DNA of 64,000 bases from Macrostomum lignano (lineage: Eukaryota), in assembly GCA_002269645.1 (NCBI GenBank), contig NIVC01001887.1, forward strand, positions 191,092 to 255,091. The letters are read 5' to 3'. The notes under the pieces are model-generated. The model was not told the origin of the DNA. It did not search any database and saw only the letters and a list, made by a program, of their open reading frames with translations. Shown here piece after piece: positions 61,978-64,000 of this stretch. Position 1 is the stretch's first letter. Each line of letters starts with the position of its first letter. The translations under genes and the position numbers were made by a program.

Positions 61978-62160
61978 CAGGGGCGTTGCCATGGATTTTA
62001 TGGTGGGTGAGACAAAGCCAAGAATTTAACATCCACATGTACATGACTAATTCCTTCTAAATTTCCATTATTTTGAAAATCGTAGTCAAGGACCACTAGA
62101 AGTTACCGTTGTAGTGGTAACTTCTAGTGGTCCTTGATCGTTGTGTTGTCAGAATTAAGA
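61978..62160 (+). mobile_element. Left-end fragment of the MITE family seen at 38357
   Basis: CAGGGGCGTTGCCATGGATTTT..AGCCAAGAATTTAAC..TACATGACTAA..TTTCCATTATTTTG..AATCGT..GTTGTCAG is colinear with 38357-38460. Confidence 0.8.
62087..62136. mobile_element. 50-bp micro-MITE (perfect 21-bp hairpin arms) nested in the MITE fragment
   Basis: CAAGGACCACTAGAAGTTACC-GTTGTAGT-GGTAACTTCTAGTGGTCCTTG; flanks ATCGTAGT / ATCGTTGT (7/8 match). Confidence 0.85.
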
Positions 62161-62455
62161 CAGAAAGTTCAACATTTTGAAGAAAAAAGCAGTTAAAAAA
62201 CCCAACGCCTTGTGTACGTCAGTCAATATTTTGTTTCGGAGTTTGCTTTGAGAGTATTTTGCAGCGTCCAAACGTACGAGGACCTTCCCGCAACTTATTT
62301 ATTGTCAAAAGCCCAACTGACTGAAAAATCAGCAATACGAGCTCGTAAATTGAAATTCCACGATGTCTTTTGCATTTGTACTTTTTGCGTCGTTTTCAAG
62401 AATTCGAAAGGAGCATCAGTGTTATTAATTGCAGTCGGTCGAATTCCTGTTCAGT

Positions 62456-63195
62456 TCAGCTGAATGGGGAGACGCACTCACACAGGCCGCGACTGCCGCT
62501 GTTCGAGTACATATCGGACAGCCCGGCTCTTCCTATATAGGCAGCAATCAAGAACTGCCTCGAATCGTGGTTGCTGGGTTCGCCGCTGCCCCACAGGTGG
62601 GCGTCCACGGTGTTGTTGCAGCCGACCCAGTACCAGCCGCCATCAGGCTCCGCGCTGCCAGCCGGCTGGAAGCCTCCCAGCCACAAATCGTTACCACGAC
62701 GAAGCGACTCCACATGGCTCATCTCTGAGCTGCTCGTTACGTCCGCCATGATCACCAGACCGCTCTCCGACTCGCATGTCGATTTTATGTCGTCCACGAA
62801 CCGTTGTACTCCTTGTACTTGACTCCGCAGAAGTCGTCTCCGTATCCGGGCGGACACAGCAGTCCCGCCGACAGTCCCGGCTGCTGCCTCACGAACACCC
62901 GGCCTCGTCTCGAGCAGCCGCAGTCCCTCACAGACTTGCTGCACTTGTTGAACTCGAACAGCTGGCACGGACCGTCGGACAGGCTGAAGGCCTGGCAATG
63001 CGGCCTGTCCCAGCACAGAATGGCGCACTGCAGCTCCGAATTAATGCCCAGGAATGTTTGGACAAACTCGCTGTTGATGCACAGGGAGCCGTTAATGGGA
63101 GTGAATCCCGGAGAGCAGGACTGGCTGCTCAGAGCAGAGCTCAGCAGTGAGGCAAAGATGAGCGCGACACAGAGGTTTCCGGTAGAATGCTGCAT
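62456..63195 (-). pseudogene. PAN/apple + C-type lectin paralogue with a 1-nt deletion (pseudogene or assembly error)
   Basis: Near-identical to 57845-58591 over much of its length; TCG TGG AC GAC at ~62795 shifts the frame; EPS instead of EPN. Confidence 0.8.
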
Positions 63196-63906
63196 TCCAG
63201 TTGCCGTTTCGGATCTGGTAGTCATTTTCGCACTTAGACTTACCTGCTTTTAAAGCAGGGCGTTCATGTGATCCGTTTTTTGCCATTGGCTGCTGCCTAT
63301 CTGCTGGCAGGGGAGGATTGTGAAAGTAGTGATAGGCAATGAGCTTTTGTTTGAAATCAGAAGTATTGCCAAGTTTTTTGTTATTTTTTTGTTTATCTGA
63401 ATAAAAATGCTTTTTTTACTATTCAAGGAACAATGACAGCTGTCTATCTCTTTTCTTCTTGAGGAAATTGATATTTGAGAACAGGTAAAGGGCCTTGCTG
63501 CATCATCCACCCCCATATGCCAGTTTGCTTTTAGTGCTTTTAGCGCTAATGCAGTGAGGAAATGACAATGTCTCGGTTTTACATAAAATATCTTGTAATC
63601 TTGTAACTTCGCTGAACTGCCATGACTTTATGAGAAAACTGCTGTATAATTTCCTTAATTGTGCCAATCATTTCGTTCTCCGTTTAGTCGCATTTAAAAG
63701 GCTGATCCTCTACCTTCAGTAGCTTTACCGTCACATCATAATAAGAACTTGCGTGGGACGCGAATCGGGTGAGACCGCGCAGCGACATTCCCAGCCTGGT
63801 TTCACGCTATAAAATGTATTCTGCTAGTAGTGCTGGATAAACTTTACTCCAGCACAATGGCTTGTATTTGGGTTCCAAGAAGCTTGGCAGCCTGTCATGA
63901 ATAGGG

Positions 63907-64000
63907 TAGACTTGATCCAGGCATTCACAAACTCGATCTGCTGCCAGTCACTCAGTAGACTTGATCCAGGCATTCACAAACCCGATCTGCTGCAGTTACT
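63907..64000. repeat. Start of a ~49-bp tandem repeat running off the window
   Basis: GTAGACTTGATCCAGGCATTCACAAAC(T/C)CGATCTGCTG occurs twice. Confidence 0.7.

Overview
Eukaryotic (animal) genomic DNA with GT-AG spliced genes and extremely minisatellite- and transposon-rich introns. The style suggests an invertebrate such as a macrostomid flatworm, but that is unverified inference. Genes: a 15-exon nephrin/Sns-like Ig superfamily receptor (- strand, 2903-16363), a 2-exon TOM1-type GAT-domain protein with a Gln/Pro repeat and no visible VHS domain, TBC1D32/BROMI (22358-34831, carrying 2-3 frame lesions), an alpha-1,3-fucosyltransferase with a single-exon CDS, four homologous four-transmembrane modules (48340-56198), and three PAN/apple + C-type lectin paralogues (intact, frameshifted, relic). 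Mobile DNA: two decayed mariners, an internally deleted Tc1, hAT-like MITEs, tRNA-derived SINEs, a LINE endonuclease fragment, and an RT-less Gypsy-type element with identical LTRs. Best candidates for novelty: (1) the four tetraspan modules have phase-compatible splice sites and may form one modular 8-12(+)-TM membrane protein; (2) a family of 39-57 bp micro-transposons with CAAGGACYACTAG TIRs and 8-bp TSDs, one of which has been amplified with its TSD into a minisatellite. All coordinates were read by hand; repeat boundaries are approximate.
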